Assembly: GCA_023920165.1 (NCBI GenBank)
Contig: CP089275.1
Span: 1,984,001-2,048,000, forward strand
Reading direction: 5' to 3'
From: Curvularia clavata
Lineage: Eukaryota
Length of the DNA: 64,000 nt
Numbering within the stretch: position 1 is the first letter of the stretch; every line of letters starts with the position of its first letter. Below, in pieces: positions 60,507 to 64,000 of this stretch. A model generated the notes under the pieces. The model did no database searches. It was given only the letters and a program-made list of their open reading frames with translations, and was not told where the DNA came from. The translations under genes and the position numbers were made by a program.

Positions 60507-62244
60507 ATGGCGGCCGAACTAAGCAGCTTACTGCTGTCGTTCCAGCCTGACAGTCCAGAGGTCGAGAAGAGGCGTGATTACGATTCCAAGGCACGCAGCT
60601 TTGTCGCGCAATTGTCCAACGTCTCAGCACCGCATTGGCTGAAAGGTGCGGACACACCACAAGATGTGTTTGCAGTGCGTATGCTTCCGAGTGCTTTGTT
60701 GAACTGTACTGACGGTTGTAGACACTAAATCCCGCCGTCAACACGATAGCATACGCTTTTGCCCTCCGCAACCGCATTGCACATCATGTCGAGAAGAAGA
60801 GCGTACCGGAGACGCTGCAGCCCGGAGGCGAGCTATGGAACCAGCTGGTGCTTTTCTTTGAGACTGCGGATCCTATACAACTGCGCTATGTGGGCAAAGA
60901 GTGGAAGAATCTGGTTGAGTACACAGAGGAGATTGCACGCACATGTGGATCAGTACGTTGAGTTTGGTACGCCTGATGCTGGGAGAAATGTGCTGACTTT
61001 TGATGCAGCCAAGCCTTGCTATTGCGCCGATACGATCAGCTATGAGTCGACTGGATCCCACTACTGGTACTTTTACATCGGTTCACGTCAGCTTCATGCA
61101 CTTGTGTATGGAGACACGATCGTACGCAGCCGCCGAGCCGATCCTGGACAACTACATCCACACGCTTCCGCCAAAGATTCCGAGTGCGGTTCGCGAGGGA
61201 CTGGAATACTCTGTGCCGTGTGCAGATGTTGCGAGCAGTGGAGAGTATATCCACCAGAACTCTGGCCATACAGATAGGGTTAGTTTGACGGATATCCAAG
61301 AGTATTATGTTTTGGGAGCCATGGCGTATCTGGGCCTGCGTCAGTTCAAAAAAGCGCAGCAATTTCTTGAGCACGTGCTCGTGGTTCCTTCGGCCAACAC
61401 AGCCAATGGTCTCATGTTGGAGGCGTACAAGAAGTGGGTATTACTGAATTGTCTAGTGCACGGACAGGTAGGTCATAGACAAGAGGTGAATGGCGTACAG
61501 AAAGCCGAAGCTCACGCAGACAGATGGGAGTTGTCCCGCGGACAAACAACGCCAGTGCCATGAAGAACATCAAGGCCGCATCGAGGGCGTACGAGGCGTT
61601 GGCGGAGGCTTACGAAGAGGTGGACAACATGTCCAAGCTGAAGGCGCAGGCGCAGGCGGGCAGTGGCATTTGGGCAGAGGTAAGATGGCAATGATGAAAC
61701 ATGGCTTGAAACTGTGGAGTATTGTTTTTTTTTGTGAAGCAGGGCTGACAAAAGCGTGCAGGACGGCAATGCAGGTCTTGTGGCGGAGCTCATCAACAGC
61801 CAGACGAGAACGTACGTGTCGCGGCTGTCACGGACATACTCTGCGCTGCCCGTATCGAATATTGCGAAGCAGCTGGGGAGCACGACGGAAGAGATGGCAC
61901 AGTACATTGATGGGCTGATCAAGGATGGGCAGCTGAACGCACGGTTGGAGGAGACGAAGCAGGCGGATGTAGGGGTGGTGTTACGTTTCTACCTGGATCC
62001 GAGACAGGGACCGTTGGGCAAGAGCGAGAAGGAGCAACAGCAGGCGTTGTTTGTGCAAACGCAACGCACAAACATGCTGGCGGAGCAGGTCAAGGACGCT
62101 GACTATCGGATGACGCTTACCAAGGAGTACATTGACAACCAGAAGCGAGTCAACAAGAGGCAAGGGAGCAACGGGGATGCCATGGACACTGCATGGGACG
62201 ATGGTCTGGACGCTGAGGAGGACATTATGGGAGATTTGCACTGA
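60507..62244 (+). CDS. CSN3: COP9 signalosome subunit 3 (PCI domain), 5 exons
   Basis: DPIQLRYVGKEW, RLDPTTGTFTSVH, EYYVLGAMAY, MLEAYKKWVL, DGNAGLV..RLSRTYSALPVSNIA; four GT-AG introns. Confidence 0.85.
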
Positions 62245-63235
62245 AGATGAAGTATGTATGCCGAGTGGGTGGGATGTCTGACATGGCTGTGGGTGATAAC
62301 GGTGCCGCATAAAAGTGGCTGACATGGGTGATGGATGTGGCCATGGGATACATGTACATGTCACATTGGCGGTATGGAGAGGTAGAAGAAGCAATCAAGC
62401 AGTGCAGCGGCCATGACGGCGTGGCAGCAAAGGCGCAGGAACGAGAGAGTGAGTGGTTGGTTGGTTGGCCGTGTTTACTTTTGGTGCGTGTGCTTTTCGT
62501 GTCAGACGCGGCATGTGGGGTCTCCGGGAAGGATTCGGAGCGGATGGGCAGCCGAGAGTGGACGAGAAAAAGGAGATGAGATGAGGTCAAAAGAAAAAGT
62601 GGAGGGCAAGGCCATGTGATGATTTGGCAATACGCGACTAGTACGACGACTACTTTGGACTACGGCTTGGAGTAGTCGGCGAGGGATTTACAGGGTCCAA
62701 GCGTGGGTGCGTGGGCGCCAGCGATGCAGAGGTGGACCGCGCCGCCATGGCCGGCAGGCACAGGCAGAGGGCAGCATAAAGAGGGGTAATAAGGACAGGG
62801 AAATGAAGACGACGAGGCGTGCGCAATGGCGAGTTTAGATGGGCTTTTGTGGCTAAGCACAGGCACTGGTTCGCCGTCGTGGGTGCGCGCTGGGCTGCTT
62901 TGGGGACGAGAACCCCTGACGGCCGCCAAGTGCCGACCGCCGACGCTCCGCATTCGTCGATGCTGCCCTGTTCTAGGGGTCCTGATGGCTGACGAGAGAC
63001 GCACCACCGCAACACGTCTTGGATTCCACATTCACTCACATTCCACATCCACACCTCTCTCTCTCCACACCACTACACTCCACCAACGCCCGCCTGCGCC
63101 CTCGTCCTCGCTCTCGCCCACCTGCACGCCCGCCGCCCTGAGCGCGTTCCTGCTTGGGCAACCATGCCTGCATCCGCTGTGCATTAACCGCTGGCTGGGC
63201 CTGAGACACGCCTCCTCCCGCCATATATCTCCAGC

Positions 63236-64000
63236 ATGAATACCCAGACCGAACCCCCCGCACCACCACCACCACCACCACCACCACCAAGGCCTGGACA
63301 AGGAGAAGGTCCCGCCGGCCCAGCTGGTCCAGACGACCTCCCCGCCCCATCGCAATCCCACCACCATCACCGCCGCCAGTCTTCCTCCGTCGGCGCCGTC
63401 AAGCGGTCAGCCTCACTCAAGGACGCCAATCCGAACCCCAACTCGTCGCCCAAACCCCACAAGCGGGCTACGCCGCCCCCTTCGGCCGCCAGACGTCGTT
63501 CGAGCGCGGCCAACGGCGCAGCAGACGGCATTGGGCCTCTGATCGACCACGAGGGGAAGCCGCTCCCCCAGCCCTACCACCCACATCACCAACACCACCA
63601 CCAACAACCAAGCTACTCGCGGAAGCTTAGCATCACGTCCATCACCGCCGCCCCCACTGCCAATGGCGCTGTACCACGCCCAGCCTCGCCCTCACGCATC
63701 CATTCCTCGCCGCCCGCCCGCTCCTCCAAGCTGCACGCTTCCGCTGCCCGCTCGCCTACCTCCAGTCCCCGCCGCTCCCGCACTCGCTCCCCTGTTCACG
63801 ACCCCCCACCCACACTGACTGCACCCCCAAAGCTGCCTTCGCTGCCCCCAATACTGCTGCCCTCGACCGTGTACGACCCAAACACCCCCACTACCAGCTC
63901 CACGGCAAACTCGCCATCTGCATCTAGCCTGTTTGCCCCGAACCTGCAGTCCGTGAATGCCCCGCGAGATTACTTCAACTCCAAGCCAACTCCGTCCCAG
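63236..64000 (+). CDS. 5'-partial ORF, Pro/Ser/His-rich low-complexity N-terminus of an unidentified protein (runs off the window)
   Basis: ATG at 63236 and no stop over 255 codons (MNTQTEPPAPPPPPPPPPRPG...APRDYFNSKPTPSQ); missing from the ORF track because it has no stop codon here. Confidence 0.7.
   Translation, partial: MNTQTEPPAPPPPPPPPPRPGQGEGPAGPAGPDDLPAPSQSHHHHRRQSSSVGAVKRSASLKDANPNPNSSPKPHKRATPPPSAARRRSSAANGAADGIGPLIDHEGKPLPQPYHPHHQHHHQQPSYSRKLSITSITAAPTANGAVPRPASPSRIHSSPPARSSKLHASAARSPTSSPRRSRTRSPVHDPPPTLTAPPKLPSLPPILLPSTVYDPNTPTTSSTANSPSASSLFAPNLQSVNAPRDYFNSKPTPSQ

Noticed and set aside
1..64000. Transposons, RIP-degraded AT-rich blocks, CRISPR arrays, rRNA/5S
   Set aside because: No transposase/RT ORFs, long terminal repeats, AT-rich tracts, spaced repeat arrays or rRNA signatures were seen.

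Overview
A gene-dense eukaryotic window from a filamentous ascomycete, probably a Dothideomycete (Pleosporales-like). The taxon is inferred from protein resemblance and short GT-AG introns with CTAAC/CTGAC branch points. It holds about 23 protein-coding genes, most of them spliced, and three intron-containing tRNA genes (Gln-CTG and 2x Val-AAC). The clearest functional unit is a compact protocatechuate/beta-ketoadipate catabolic cluster at 16.0-22.1 kb: a CMD/AhpD-like gene, prcA with a -SRL peroxisomal signal, cmcA and chdA. Nearby are isovaleryl-CoA dehydrogenase, a peroxisomal aryl/acyl-CoA ligase, an SRA/Cys-cluster/AlkB dioxygenase and a fungal MscL. The rest is housekeeping: a Num1-like PH protein, SPT8, SEC18, KXD1, an FUSC/ArAE transporter, RPL19, SPT3, DPH5, a GH15, an ADH, BUB1 and CSN3. 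The most unusual signals are (i) a ~2-kb stretch without a credible ORF (26.6-28.8 kb) packed with nested complementary helices and cUUCGg motifs, which suggests an unannotated large structured RNA on the + strand; (ii) a small protein carrying the TTDN1/MPLKIP/SICKLE YFxPSxxEDPW motif; (iii) a 21-bp G-U-rich pre-miRNA-like hairpin; and (iv) several splice-site arrangements that could be regulatory (RPL19, SPT3, DPH5). No transposon, CRISPR array or rRNA was recognised. All calls were made by eye and no searches were run.
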